A stretch of DNA of 64,000 nucleotides, taken from Lachnospiraceae bacterium (GTDB lineage: Bacteria; Bacillota; Clostridia; Lachnospirales; Lachnospiraceae). The notes below the pieces were generated by a model. It was not told where the DNA came from. It was given only the letters and a program-made list of their open reading frames with translations, and did no database searches. This document shows positions 29,901 through 39,263 of this stretch, piece by piece; positions within the stretch are counted from its first letter, which is position 1; each line of letters begins with the position of its first letter. The position numbers were made by a program, and so were the translations under genes. The DNA is taken from NCBI GenBank assembly GCA_050944475.1, contig JBMNRD010000004.1:113963-177962 (forward strand). The letters run 5' to 3'.

Positions 29901-30661
29901 TCCGGTGCCAAGGCGGTTGAAGGTGCGGACAAGGGTGCGGTGTCCGCGAAGTATTCCTTATAAAATTCTTCGGCCATCTTCTCGCTTTCTTCCGACTCTT
30001 CCTTGCCGGTTACGGGTGTCATTTCCCCTTCGTCCATGTACTCGCGCATCATATGTTCATACTTAATCTGCTGCTGCGGAGTAAGAGCGCAATGAGCAAA
30101 CTTCAGCTCCAAGGCCTTTTTTACATATTTACCGTCTGCATACCACAGGGAAATATCGTCGCACATAGCCACACATTTTTCAACCTGACCGGTTTCGTGA
30201 TACAGCTGTGCCAATTCACACTGCCATTTATCATCCTTTTCCCGGGAAACATAGGCTTCCAGCACTTTTATCAATTCGCCCTTTGGAATGCCGCCGGCTT
30301 TTCCGATTTCATATTTCAAAAGGAGCCTCTTACTGTCATTCTTGGCCACACTGCAGAAATCCTCATAGAACCCGACGGCACTGTCCAAATCATCCACCTT
30401 TATGGACAATTCGCTCAGCTTGTAAACAATCTGCCTGCCGATGTTGGCATGATTGCGCTCATAGGCAACAAGAAGGGCCTCTCTGGCCATGTCATAATTA
30501 CCCCGTTGCTCATACGAATCGGAGATAATCTCAAGAATTTTCGTTTCCTTGATTTTTGCAAGATCAATCTGATCGGCAAACGCCGTGACCCTTTCATAGT
30601 TGCCTGCTTCGTGGCTTCGTCTGATTTCTTCCAGAAATTCACGGTATTCCTGCTTGTCCAT
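26954..30661 (-). CDS. large polyacidic protein: N-terminal TPR-like region, ~750-aa Glu/Asp-rich disordered region, C-terminal SpoVK/CbxX-like AAA+ module
   Basis: ORF 26954..30685. The likely start is ATG at 30661 after GGAGA, just past the recR stop. Walker A is GDAKSGKT. The Walker B position reads DLIIENIG, not hhhhDE. Confidence 0.7.
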   Translation of the reverse strand: MDKQEYREFLEEIRRSHEAGNYERVTAFADQIDLAKIKETKILEIISDSYEQRGNYDMAREALLVAYERNHANIGRQIVYKLSELSIKVDDLDSAVGFYEDFCSVAKNDSKRLLLKYEIGKAGGIPKGELIKVLEAYVSREKDDKWQCELAQLYHETGQVEKCVAMCDDISLWYADGKYVKKALELKFAHCALTPQQQIKYEHMMREYMDEGEMTPVTGKEESEESEKMAEEFYKEYFADTAPLSAPSTALAPETESEFMHPEHARPVHAETTSEIIFEETLDGVPKAEYTVVYPEDYGEDVKDEDGEAFDEENYEEEYFEKLEEDFLPEDSCAPDRRILCGHDSDEIDDTRVIPIDEIRRELDSVAGLDRDNEESGIEESPEDCDMPEGAETFETSREMFAKLAKTFDALEGETGVEAEPEFEAEPEVEPEPENEEDWIERIIAEEAALEEEEFADTRVISRSEILRRMKGSAVPDRMEEEPVVPEFYEDEDREIEETRVLNREMLEALLAENGADVESEPAVPVDEPEELIEEIEEPDEDLEESVEEIEEAEIEFEELTEEIEEAEIEFEEFTEEIEEAEIEFEELTEKIEEPDEDLEEPEEPAGMIGEIQAADKGKKEIFVVPEEIREVRHTEKFAPESSRMSDTGLIAGEIINLPAASAAKLGAVSAAVSAFAPMVVRPAPGRNKAAGRTKTFKGGAERPENVSFLEDVDLSYIPLTGEEGSQLTLNLEFLSAGDENIEGQLSFDEVFDIYSHKVEENMDQVSEVEAERLRQIQNAVNLSAPVVLPYSMDDLYFEGIEVEKIADVTPVESASVLSKESEGKSEAADDAAEILSAEQEGEESSPEESALEDAELTEEFEKEPESIDITGEDEEEPEMSDEELMEVFVPFDEINFDEDEEKEAKTYNGLPVEPRLGDAEKAIAEFEQALREKEISISDDEELDELGDSLAEWMAGDEYAEYDNEEGTEPAADAEKHFEKHPYRYELSDTIRKEIAEYLLIDGMEDMVCDAVSHIVTTIRNGDRTGGNLVITGDAKSGKTYLTISIIKAVTEELKGGNGTVAKVQAGALNGKNLEKVFEKIAGNDLIIENIGYFEDDTINELIRVLSLKRYDSLVALEGNQLAAENIFGNFPELRELIQTRIDINELSIIQWADLAADYAKDRGYILDDMARLALHAKINELNKPTVRLGYNDVMDLMDEAIARAEKRNVGRLFSAFSKKGDNELREIIEVDFM
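28895..29020 (-). repeat. 3 x 42-bp in-frame tandem repeat (EEIEEAEIEFEELT units)
   Basis: The units are 28895-28936, 28937-28978 and 28979-29020. They differ at a few positions and lie inside the acidic protein CDS. Confidence 0.9.
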
Positions 30662-30662
30662 A

Positions 30663-31259
30663 TTAAATCTCCACTCTTCCGTCAAGTGCCCTTAATAAGG
30701 TTACCTCGTCAATACATTCCAAATCTCCGCCAACCGGAACCCCGCTGGCGATTCTGCTGACCTTTATGCCCGCCAGCTTTATGTGCTTGCTGATGTACAT
30801 TGCCGTCGTCTCGCCCTCAATGGACGAATTGGTTGCGATAATGACTTCCTTTACATCTCCCCTGAGTCGCTCAATCAGTTCCTTCAGCCTGATATCGCCG
30901 GGTCCTATTCCCAGCATGGGAGAAATGGCCCCGCCCAACACGTGGTACACTCCCTCATATTTGCCGATTTTCTCGTATGCGGCCATGTCACGCGTATTTT
31001 CAACAACCATTATCGTGCCGTGGTCTCTTTTTTTACTCCTGCAAATGGGACATTCTTCCTCATCCGTTATCGTAAAGCAGGTTTTGCAAAAATGTATGTT
31101 CTGCTTTGCCTCAAGAATTGCCGTGGACAGCGCCCTGACATTTTCCTCCGGCTGGTCAATTATGTGAAAGGCCAGCCTTGCTGCCGACTTTGGTCCTATG
31201 CCCGGCAACTGGGACAATTCACCGATAAGTCTCGAAATATGATTACTGAAATAGTCCAT
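30663..31259 (-). CDS. recR: recombination protein RecR
   Basis: 198 aa with Hh[15 protein letters not shown], a C4 zinc finger, and Toprim. Confidence 0.95.
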   Translation of the reverse strand: MDYFSNHISRLIGELSQLPGIGPKSAARLAFHIIDQPEENVRALSTAILEAKQNIHFCKTCFTITDEEECPICRSKKRDHGTIMVVENTRDMAAYEKIGKYEGVYHVLGGAISPMLGIGPGDIRLKELIERLRGDVKEVIIATNSSIEGETTAMYISKHIKLAGIKVSRIASGVPVGGDLECIDEVTLLRALDGRVEI

Positions 31260-31605
31260 CCGCGCTTCCCATGCCTTCGGCTATCCGGGACATTCTCTCC
31301 CGGGACAGCTCTTCCATTTTCCACAGGGCCTCATTTGCCGCTGCCATTACAAGATCCTCAAGCATCTCAACATCATCGGGATCCAAAACATCCTTGTCTA
31401 TCTTGACGGATGTTATCATCTTTTTTCCGGATACCGAAATCTCAACAGCTCCGCCGCCGGCGCTTGCACTGACAACCTCATCTTCAAGAGCTGCCTGCGT
31501 TTCTTCCATCTGGCGTTGCATCTTCTGGGCCTGCTTGAGCAGATTGTTCATATTTCCCGGCATTCCGCCGCCGAAATTACCGTAGCTGCCTTTTCCCTTT
31601 GCCAA
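31243..31605 (-). CDS. ybaB: nucleoid-associated protein YbaB/EbfC
   Basis: 120 aa with [12 protein letters not shown]. Conserved dnaX-ybaB-recR synteny. Confidence 0.9.
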   Translation of the reverse strand: MAKGKGSYGNFGGGMPGNMNNLLKQAQKMQRQMEETQAALEDEVVSASAGGGAVEISVSGKKMITSVKIDKDVLDPDDVEMLEDLVMAAANEALWKMEELSRERMSRIAEGMGSADGLFQ

Positions 31606-31606
31606 A

Positions 31607-33208
31607 CTACATTTCCTCCGTTCCTATGTCGAAATTTATATTTCTGCTTAACAATTCCTCCGGAAATGTCTTGTCCGTCTCCGTTACAGGAGGGGCAGAA
31701 GTCACTTCTTTTACCGATAACCGGACATTGCGCCCCGTTACCTGAAGAATGTTTTTTTCTATTTCCTCTGCATACTCCCTGATCGAGCCTGCGCTGGCAC
31801 CGCTTTCTATGCTCAGTACTGCCACGTCCCCTGTTTCTTCCACGGAAAAGACCTTCTTTATTGCAGCCTTCACCCTGCCCTCGCACATTGAAACTATATC
31901 CTTCCAGCTTGCCCAAATCAGGCCGTCATCGGATTGCGTGAACAGCTCCGCCTGCGTTGCCGGCTCCGGCGGCGCCTCTTTTCCCGTTTCGACATTTTCA
32001 TGGGAGAGCTGTTCGGCACTTACAAGGGGCTGCATCCGTAACTTGGTCTTTGCGGCCACTGCTCTTTCTTCCATCTGTCTTATTCTGTCCGCAAGAGAGC
32101 CCGCGTCTGATTCCATTTGAGGCACGGCCATTTTTATAACTGCGACCTCTGCCAATATCCGCCTTGATGGGGAAAATTTAATATCCGCCAAAAGCTGCGA
32201 AAGTATCCTTATGTATCTGACAAGGACTTCTCCGTCGGCTCCCCTTGCATCCTCCATGAGGGCATCTATGTTCTCCCTTGAGATTCCCAGCAGTTCTTCA
32301 CATTCACCGCCGCTTATCCCCGCCATCAGCAGGTTTCTTATGTACCAAACAAAATCGTTTACAAAACGGCTGAGATCCTTGCCCTCGTTCACCGCATTGT
32401 TTAAAATCTTCAATGCTGCTTGTGAGTCTCCGGCATATATGGCCCGGAACATCCGGGAAAATGTTTCCGTGTCCACGGCACCAAGGGTCAGCAACACATT
32501 TTCATAGGTAAGCGCGTTCCCTAAATTAAAGGCAATGCACTTGTCCAAAAGGCTGATTGCGTCACGCATCGAGCCGTCGCCCATCTGTGCTATGTAGGCC
32601 AATGCCTTATTGCTTGCATCTATTCCTTCCTGTGTTGCCAGTTCGGCAAGATTATCTGCAATAACCTCGTTGCCGATTCTGTGGAAATCGTACCGCTGAC
32701 ATCTGGAAAGAATCGTGATAGGCAGCTTGTGGGGCTCGGTGGTTGCCAGAATAAATACCGCATAAGCCGGGGGCTCCTCCAGCGTCTTCAGGAATGCATT
32801 GAAAGCAGGACCCGACAACATGTGAGCCTCGTCAATTATGTACACCTTGTATTCCCCTTTAACGGGGGGATACTGGACTTCTTCTATGATGCGCCGGATG
32901 TCGTCCACGCCGGTATTGGAGGCTGCATCCACTTCAACTATGTCCATGAAAGCATCCCGTATTGCGGCAAGGCAGTTCTCACACTCGTTGCAAGGCTCGC
33001 CTCCGGCATTTGCCGGACAGTTGATGGCACGGGCAAACAGCTTGGCTACCGAGGTTTTTCCTGTTCCCCGGGTTCCGGTGAACAGATATGCATGCCCGAT
33101 CCGGCCGTTCTTTATCTGATTGGTAAGTGTACGTACGACATGTTCCTGGCCTTTAACCTGCCCGAAGGTACGGGGTCTGAATTTTCTGTATAAGGCCATA
33201 TATGACAT
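31607..33208 (-). CDS. dnaX: DNA polymerase III subunit gamma/tau
   Basis: 533 aa with YRKFRPRTF, GTRGTGKTS and the zinc module CxxC. Confidence 0.95.
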   Translation of the reverse strand: MSYMALYRKFRPRTFGQVKGQEHVVRTLTNQIKNGRIGHAYLFTGTRGTGKTSVAKLFARAINCPANAGGEPCNECENCLAAIRDAFMDIVEVDAASNTGVDDIRRIIEEVQYPPVKGEYKVYIIDEAHMLSGPAFNAFLKTLEEPPAYAVFILATTEPHKLPITILSRCQRYDFHRIGNEVIADNLAELATQEGIDASNKALAYIAQMGDGSMRDAISLLDKCIAFNLGNALTYENVLLTLGAVDTETFSRMFRAIYAGDSQAALKILNNAVNEGKDLSRFVNDFVWYIRNLLMAGISGGECEELLGISRENIDALMEDARGADGEVLVRYIRILSQLLADIKFSPSRRILAEVAVIKMAVPQMESDAGSLADRIRQMEERAVAAKTKLRMQPLVSAEQLSHENVETGKEAPPEPATQAELFTQSDDGLIWASWKDIVSMCEGRVKAAIKKVFSVEETGDVAVLSIESGASAGSIREYAEEIEKNILQVTGRNVRLSVKEVTSAPPVTETDKTFPEELLSRNINFDIGTEEM

Positions 33209-33318
33209 TGTCGGTTCTCCAATCGGTCGCTGAAAAATAAAGATAAATTGTCACAATGTATAGTAACATACCGAACCGCCATTATCAACATTTTGACTTT
33301 TTAAAATAAAGAAAAAAA

Positions 33319-33359
33319 GTAAAAAAACATGTCCTTCCGCAACTGCGCAAAAACATGTT
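33319..33359 (-). terminator. terminator following the SRP RNA
   Basis: 7-bp stem AACATGT / ACATGTT. A run of 7 U follows on the minus strand. Confidence 0.55.
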
Positions 33360-33380
33360 CGGCGTCCGTACATTATTTTT

Positions 33381-33533
33381 CATAGCCGCTTTACACGGCG
33401 CAGCTCCGCTCCGGCTTCCCGGCGTCACACGAGAAGCACCTCTTAGTGCTGCTCCGTTCCCGGCCTGACACGGTTCGCGGGTTCTCGTTGCGTCGGACCG
33501 AAACATCATCGCTCTCCGTGCAAAACGGCTATG
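33381..33533 (-). ncRNA. ffs: signal recognition particle RNA
   Basis: The minus strand contains GUCAGGCCGGGAACGGAGCAGCA (domain IV motif with a GNRA loop). An 18-bp terminal helix CAUAGCCGUUUUGCACGG / CCGUGUAAAGCGGCUAUG closes the molecule. It occupies the tadA-ffs-dnaX position seen in Firmicutes. Confidence 0.8.
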
Positions 33534-33553
33534 AAAAACAATGTGCATCGAAT

Positions 33554-34072
33554 TCAGGTGAAATTATAAGTCCCGTCATTGCCTGTGTCAAGATTCTTTC
33601 GGTTCGTCTTTGGCTGTCTCAGCTCGGCAAAGAAGGTTTTCAGCATGGCGGCACATTCCTCTTCAAGGATTCCTCTTTCCACCTCTACACGGTGATTAAA
33701 TCCGGGTACTTCAAATATATTGAGAAGGCTGCCGGCACAACCTGCCTTCGGATTCATTGCCCCGATGAAAAGCCTTCTTATCCTTGCCTGGATAATTGCC
33801 CCGGAGCACATCTGGCAGGGTTCAAGGGTCACATACATTTCCGTCTCATCCAGGCGCCAGTCTTTCACATGCTTGCAGGCCCTTTTTATTGCATATATCT
33901 CGGCATGGGCAAGAGCAGAGCGGTCTGTCATCCGCCTGTTATAGCCGCGCCCGATAATCCTGTCATTGAGCACAATAACGCAGCCAATGGGGACCTCCCC
34001 CTTTTTGGCGGCTTTCTTAGCCTCCCGGACGGCCTCCCTCATATACTTTTCTTCACGCGTCAATCCGTTCAA
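33554..34072 (-). CDS. tadA: tRNA adenosine(34) deaminase
   Basis: It has the HAE and PCxMC deaminase motifs (AHAEIYAI, EPCQMCSGA). Confidence 0.9.
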   Translation of the reverse strand: MNGLTREEKYMREAVREAKKAAKKGEVPIGCVIVLNDRIIGRGYNRRMTDRSALAHAEIYAIKRACKHVKDWRLDETEMYVTLEPCQMCSGAIIQARIRRLFIGAMNPKAGCAGSLLNIFEVPGFNHRVEVERGILEEECAAMLKTFFAELRQPKTNRKNLDTGNDGTYNFT

Positions 34073-34084
34073 TTTCCGATACTC

Positions 34085-34930
34085 CTACTTCATATCGTTG
34101 CGATCGGCCTGTTCCTTGCGAAGGCGCCCCTCTTTCAGCAACTGCATAAGAACCTCTTCGTCATTGTTTTTCAGGGCATCTTCATATTTTTGCAGCGCCT
34201 CTATAAGCTCTGTGGTTTCCCGAAGAAGATTTTCCCTGTTTTCTAAAAACAACTCTGCCCACATAACCTCGTTCAGCCGCGCAACTCTGGTCAAATCCTT
34301 GTAGCTGCCTGCGGAAAATCCCTTATGCGCCAGCGCGGTTTCGCTTTTCACAAATGCGCTGGAGGCCACATGGGCCAGCTGGGAGGTGTAGGCTATAATC
34401 TTGTCATGACGGACTGCCGTTGTGATTTCAAGGTTGGTGAATCCAATGGCCCCCCAGAACTTTTTAAGCTGCTCAAGCAGTTCTATCGGCGCTCCCTGCG
34501 GCGGAACCAAAATAATGGAAGCATTGTTAAACATGCTCCGGTTTGAATTTTCAAAACCGCTTCTTTCAATGCCCGCCATGGGGTGGGCTCCCACAAAAAC
34601 AAACCCGTTTTCCTCCGCCAAGGGCATCAGTTCCTTACAGATGCATTCCTTTACGCCGCAGGTATCCATGACGATTGCTCCCGGCTTGAATTTGCGGTAA
34701 TTGTTCTTTACAAAATCTATCGTATCCCCGGGGTACAGGGCAACTATCAGATAATCGCATATTCCCAGACGCTCGTCATTCAGCTCGGCATCAATTGCCT
34801 CCAGAAGCTTTGCCTTGTAAATAACGGTCTCATTTATATCCATGCCCATGACCGTGTCGGCCGTTTCATGCTTGATTGCCCTTGCGATACTTCCGCCGAT
34901 CAGTCCCAGGCCTATGATTCCTATGTTCAT
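34085..34930 (-). CDS. tyrA: prephenate dehydrogenase
   Basis: 281 aa with the Rossmann motif IGIIGLGLIGGS. It is adjacent to a DAHP synthase gene. Confidence 0.8.
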   Translation of the reverse strand: MNIGIIGLGLIGGSIARAIKHETADTVMGMDINETVIYKAKLLEAIDAELNDERLGICDYLIVALYPGDTIDFVKNNYRKFKPGAIVMDTCGVKECICKELMPLAEENGFVFVGAHPMAGIERSGFENSNRSMFNNASIILVPPQGAPIELLEQLKKFWGAIGFTNLEITTAVRHDKIIAYTSQLAHVASSAFVKSETALAHKGFSAGSYKDLTRVARLNEVMWAELFLENRENLLRETTELIEALQKYEDALKNNDEEVLMQLLKEGRLRKEQADRNDMK

Positions 34931-34953
34931 CCCGTATCCTTTCCTTCCGGCTT

Positions 34954-35967
34954 TTATCCGCCGTACTTATGTGCGAACGGTCTTATGGCATTTACCGCAC
35001 GTACAATCTCATCAAATGCCTCCGGTGTCAATGACTGAGGACCGTCGCACAATGCGTGCGCGGGGTCGTTATGCACCTCTATCATCAGTCCGTCCGCTCC
35101 TGCTGCCACAGCCGCCAGAGACATGGGCATAACCAGCTCGGACTTGCCGGTTGCATGGCTCGGATCCACGATTACAGGCAGATGCGACATTTTCTTCAGC
35201 ATTGGTATAGCAGATAAGTCCAGGGTATTTCTTGTGGCTGTCTCAAAAGTTCTGATTCCCCTTTCGCAAAGTATTACATTCTCATTCCCACCGGCCATAA
35301 TATATTCGGCGCTCATCAGCAACTCTTCAAGAGTGTTTGCCAAACCTCTTTTGAGAAGCACGGGCTTGTCCGTATGGCCAAGCTCTTTAAGCAATTCGAA
35401 ATTTTGCATATTGCGGGCACCCACCTGAATCAAATCCACATTCTCAAAAAGCGGCAGATGGCTCAAATCCATTATTTCGGTTACTATCGGCAGTCCGCTT
35501 TGGCGCTTTGCCTCAAGCAGGAGCTCTAACCCCTCATTTCTCAATCCCTGAAACGAATACGGTGAAGTTCTGGGCTTAAAGGCTCCGCCGCGAAGAAGTG
35601 TTGCTCCGGATTTTCGTACACTTTCCGCAACCATGCACATTTGCTCCACACTCTCAACAGAGCAGGGACCGGCAATAATATTAAAGTTGCCGCCTCCGAT
35701 CTTTACCCCGGCAACATCCACAACCGTATCTTCCGGATGAAATTTTCTGTTGGCATTCTTGTACGGTTCCTGAACCCTTTTGACATCTTCAACAATATCA
35801 AGCGCCATTATCAGGTCTATGTCGACCCCCGACGTGTCTCCCACAAGGCCGACGATATGTGTTCCCGCCCCGCGGCTCTCGTGAATGTCTAAATCCATGC
35901 TTCTTAGCCATAAAAGAAGATTGTCATACTGTTCCTTCTTGGGGTTGTCTTTTAAAATTACTATCAT
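34954..35967 (-). CDS. aroF: 3-deoxy-7-phosphoheptulonate (DAHP) synthase, type I-beta with N-terminal regulatory domain
   Basis: 337 aa with motifs GPCSVES, KPRTSPYSFQG and DPSH. Confidence 0.85.
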   Translation of the reverse strand: MIVILKDNPKKEQYDNLLLWLRSMDLDIHESRGAGTHIVGLVGDTSGVDIDLIMALDIVEDVKRVQEPYKNANRKFHPEDTVVDVAGVKIGGGNFNIIAGPCSVESVEQMCMVAESVRKSGATLLRGGAFKPRTSPYSFQGLRNEGLELLLEAKRQSGLPIVTEIMDLSHLPLFENVDLIQVGARNMQNFELLKELGHTDKPVLLKRGLANTLEELLMSAEYIMAGGNENVILCERGIRTFETATRNTLDLSAIPMLKKMSHLPVIVDPSHATGKSELVMPMSLAAVAAGADGLMIEVHNDPAHALCDGPQSLTPEAFDEIVRAVNAIRPFAHKYGG

Positions 35968-36047
35968 TTCATTTTCCTTTCGTATTCCTAAACGAAAAGT
36001 CGAATGCCCAGAATGAAAACTGAATATCCGGCATGTTTTTAAACTTC

Positions 36048-36076
36048 AAGGGGTGTCTCCCTGAGAAACACCCCTT
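36048..36076 (-). terminator. possible terminator downstream of the GH18 gene
   Basis: 9-bp stem AAGGGGTGT / ACACCCCTT. The U-tract on the minus strand is interrupted (UGAAGUUU). Confidence 0.4.
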
Positions 36077-36119
36077 TGTTGATGCATCTTGCAGATAAGC
36101 GAAAGGCTTATCGCGGCTG

Positions 36120-37892
36120 TCAATAGGCGGCAATGTGCTCCCAGACTGTGGACCTTTCCTGGCCAAGCTGCCAGAACGCGACTCCGCCCAGATTATACTG
36201 CTTCACCGTATTCAGCTTTTCTCTGATAGAGTCCGCGCTTTCAAGCCATGCGTCGACGGTTTCGTTTCCATAATCGTAATGAGCATAGTCCAATCCGTCC
36301 TCAGCATTCCACTGTGCGGTCACATTCATCTGTTCCAGAAGTTCCCATGCCTTAGACATGGAATATTCTTTTCTGCTGTACTTCGGCTTATTTGAATCCC
36401 CGTTATTGTCAGCATCGTCAGTGCTGACAGTATTGTCAGTGAACCAGAACCTTGAATAGAAGGGCAGGGCGGCAATCAGCTTTTCGGAAGCAACCTTGGA
36501 GGTTGAAAGGTCCATTGATTTCCTTACAAAGGGCAGTGATGAATTGGGGCCGATTTTTCCGCTTCCGACATAGTCATCATAGACCATGATGATTACGTAG
36601 TCACATATCCTCCCCTGCTCCTCAATATGGTAGCAGGCATTGAATTCGTAAGGCGTATAGTTATCAACCGTCAGGTAAAGGCTTTCCTTTCGGCATTCTA
36701 CAGACAGCTCCCTGATAAACTGTATGAAATCATCTCCATATTCAGCCATTATCCGCTCAAAGTCCACGTTAACGCCGTCTATATCCTTCTCCTTCATATC
36801 GGCAATAAGGGTTTTTACCATCTCCCGCCTTACGGAGGTATGTGTAAGCGCCTGCTCCACGAAATCATAATCCTCATCACTGAACAATGCCCAGACAAGA
36901 TACCCGTCCTGATGTGCCTGCCGGACGATTTCAGCATCCGAAAGCATAGTTATCTTGCCCTGTCCGTCCTTTAAAAAATACCATGTGGGACTGTAAACAT
37001 TCAATATTCCGTCGGCATCCCTCGTGTATTCATTGTAACGGTCATTCGCATCGGCAACAAACACTCCCGCCCAGCCAAGCTTGACGGTTTCTCCCATATT
37101 CAGGGAAGTATATTCGGGTTCGTCGTAGTCACTGACAACAACTTCGGTGTACTTATCTTTAACGGCCGAGGTTGCCACGTATCCGACCCAGCCTTCTGCG
37201 CTCACAACCTCAAGCCAGTCGTCCAAGTCTTCGATAACCTGCAGTTTGTCACCGCTTTTGATTGTTCCTACAACTCCTGACTTGATACCGCCCCTTTCCC
37301 TGATCCAGGTCTTCTTTTTGGCGTCAACAAATGTCTTTTCGCCGATTTTATGGGTAATCACCAACCTGGGCGGCTCTTCATATGTCTGATATTGTACACT
37401 GCTGAAAGCTTCAACAAATTTCACTGCCAAATAAATCTTGTCTTTCTTCTCAATCAGAATGACATAATCCGTTTCAACCCTCTGATCATCGATGGTATAG
37501 CTGCTCTGGTCCATCAGTACGGTAATATTCTGAAGAGCATTGGTAAAAATCAGCATTTCTTCATTATCGTCAAAATAGAACCTTTCATCTATACGTGTCT
37601 TAACCAGCTCATGGCTGATATATATGGTGCCTTCATGGAGAAATGCCCTCTCGTTTAAGATTTCTTCCTCCAATACAATTGCCATCTCATTTTCGGCAGC
37701 TGCGTCTCTGCCCTGCAAGGGAGCTATCGTAAGATTGTAATATTTTTCCAGATCTGTAACTTCCTTGGACGGGGAGTATCTGCTGGCAAGGACAATCACT
37801 CCCACTATACCTGCAATCATTATCATTACCACTGCAAGAATCGCCCAGGGCTTGATGTGTCCGGTTTTCCTTCTTCGCCTACGTGTTGCCAT
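36120..37892 (-). CDS. membrane-anchored GH18-family hydrolase with SH3-like domain
   Basis: 590 aa with an N-terminal TM helix, an SH3-like segment (GDKLQVIEDLDDWLEV...GWVGYV) and the GH18 motif DIDGVNVDFE. Confidence 0.75.
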   Translation of the reverse strand: MATRRRRRKTGHIKPWAILAVVMIMIAGIVGVIVLASRYSPSKEVTDLEKYYNLTIAPLQGRDAAAENEMAIVLEEEILNERAFLHEGTIYISHELVKTRIDERFYFDDNEEMLIFTNALQNITVLMDQSSYTIDDQRVETDYVILIEKKDKIYLAVKFVEAFSSVQYQTYEEPPRLVITHKIGEKTFVDAKKKTWIRERGGIKSGVVGTIKSGDKLQVIEDLDDWLEVVSAEGWVGYVATSAVKDKYTEVVVSDYDEPEYTSLNMGETVKLGWAGVFVADANDRYNEYTRDADGILNVYSPTWYFLKDGQGKITMLSDAEIVRQAHQDGYLVWALFSDEDYDFVEQALTHTSVRREMVKTLIADMKEKDIDGVNVDFERIMAEYGDDFIQFIRELSVECRKESLYLTVDNYTPYEFNACYHIEEQGRICDYVIIMVYDDYVGSGKIGPNSSLPFVRKSMDLSTSKVASEKLIAALPFYSRFWFTDNTVSTDDADNNGDSNKPKYSRKEYSMSKAWELLEQMNVTAQWNAEDGLDYAHYDYGNETVDAWLESADSIREKLNTVKQYNLGGVAFWQLGQERSTVWEHIAAY

Positions 37893-38015
37893 AATAACCT
37901 CTCAAATTCTACATAAATTGACAAAGTATTATATCACTGTTATTTCTATAAAGCAATGGGATAAATCCGGTCAGAAATTCTCCTTCCTGTAAGGGGTCGC
38001 CGCTGAGACTTCCCT

Positions 38016-38246
38016 TCATTCGTTGCTTACTTTATTGAAATTGACTTCGCGAAGAACTCCCTTGTCATCCATGTGATAATCACACATGTAGCAGTCATCT
38101 TCCCTGAAAATACAGGTGGACGCAATGTGGACAGAATCGGTGAGTTGTCCGTTCAAAAGCAGTCTGGTCCCTCGGCGTGCAGCCCTGTCCAGCTCGTCCT
38201 GAAGTGACATGAATTCTATGAATCTGCGTTTTTCACTTTCTGTCAT
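38016..38246 (-). CDS. hypothetical small protein
   Basis: ATG at 38246 follows AGGAGGG. 76 aa with no recognisable motif. Confidence 0.45.
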   Translation of the reverse strand: MTESEKRRFIEFMSLQDELDRAARRGTRLLLNGQLTDSVHIASTCIFREDDCYMCDYHMDDKGVLREVNFNKVSNE

Positions 38247-38495
38247 GGTGCCCTCCTTTCTGAAAAATTTACACAGAACAAGGCGGTGCGTCGTGATAAT
38301 ATTCTCCATGTCCTGCGCATTTCACATAAGAAATGAGTCTGAAAAATATAAAATAGGAAATCCGGATTCAGAAATCGAATCCATTTGAATGTAAAGAAAA
38401 AGTTGCCGCAAGATGCATCGGCCCGACTTCTTATGTAAGGAATATTATATTATTTATCTATTGATTTTTCAAGCGTTTTAAAGTATTCTTTTTAT

Positions 38496-39248
38496 ATGAA
38501 AATAGAACTTATAAATGAAAACCAAATCAAATGCACCCTGAGCCGTTCCGACCTTGCATACCACCAGATTAAAATCAGCGAACTGGCCTATGGGACCGAA
38601 AAGACGAAAGCGCTCTTTCAAGATATGATGGATCAAGCCTTCAACGAATTCGGTTTCGAGGCAGGCGAATCCTTAATGATTGAGGCAATCCCGGTTTCCA
38701 TGGACTGCATTATTCTGATGATTACCAACGTGGACGCCCCCGAGGAGCTCGACCAGCGCTTTTCAGGGTTATCTCGCGTGTCTGATTTTATCATATCCGA
38801 GGAAAACGGGGATGAAGAGGCGCTGGATGCGCTTATAGACAACCTGTCTGATGACCGTTTTCTTGAAGACGGTCTCGGTCCCGCCCCTTCAAAGCCTGCG
38901 CGCCACGCAATGCCTTCAAAACCTGCGCGCAAGCCTCAAACTGTTCCCGCCGGCCCCCTTGAAAGGATTTTTTCCTTTGACAATCTGGAGACTGTAATTG
39001 ACTTTGCTCACAAGAGCGCCTCCTCCTTCAAGGGGCGAAGCTCTCTTTATAAATCTCCTGAGGACGGCAGGTACTATATGGTTCTTACCGACTCGGCGCG
39101 TTCGGTAAATGTATTCGGGCGTATATGCAACTTGGCGTTGGAATATGGCTGCAAGGAACCTTCGGGTTTTGCCAGGAGCGCATTTATAAGCGAGCATTTT
39201 GATGTAATCATTGCTGAGGATGCACTCCAAAAACTTTCTGATGTTTAG
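38496..39248 (+). CDS. mecA: adaptor protein MecA
   Basis: The N-terminus MKIELINENQIKCTLSRSDL is MecA-like. An acidic linker and a C-terminal ClpC-binding-like domain follow. Confidence 0.8.
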   Translation: MKIELINENQIKCTLSRSDLAYHQIKISELAYGTEKTKALFQDMMDQAFNEFGFEAGESLMIEAIPVSMDCIILMITNVDAPEELDQRFSGLSRVSDFIISEENGDEEALDALIDNLSDDRFLEDGLGPAPSKPARHAMPSKPARKPQTVPAGPLERIFSFDNLETVIDFAHKSASSFKGRSSLYKSPEDGRYYMVLTDSARSVNVFGRICNLALEYGCKEPSGFARSAFISEHFDVIIAEDALQKLSDV

Positions 39249-39263
39249 CGGAGGGCAAAACTA

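Noticed and set aside
33285-33548. 87-aa minus-strand ORF and the 33446-34246 plus-strand ORF.
   Set aside because: The region is explained by the SRP RNA with its terminator and by tadA on the minus strand.
35969-36166. 65-aa minus-strand ORF upstream of aroF.
   Set aside because: It overlaps the end of the GH18 gene and the putative terminator hairpin, and it has no SD.
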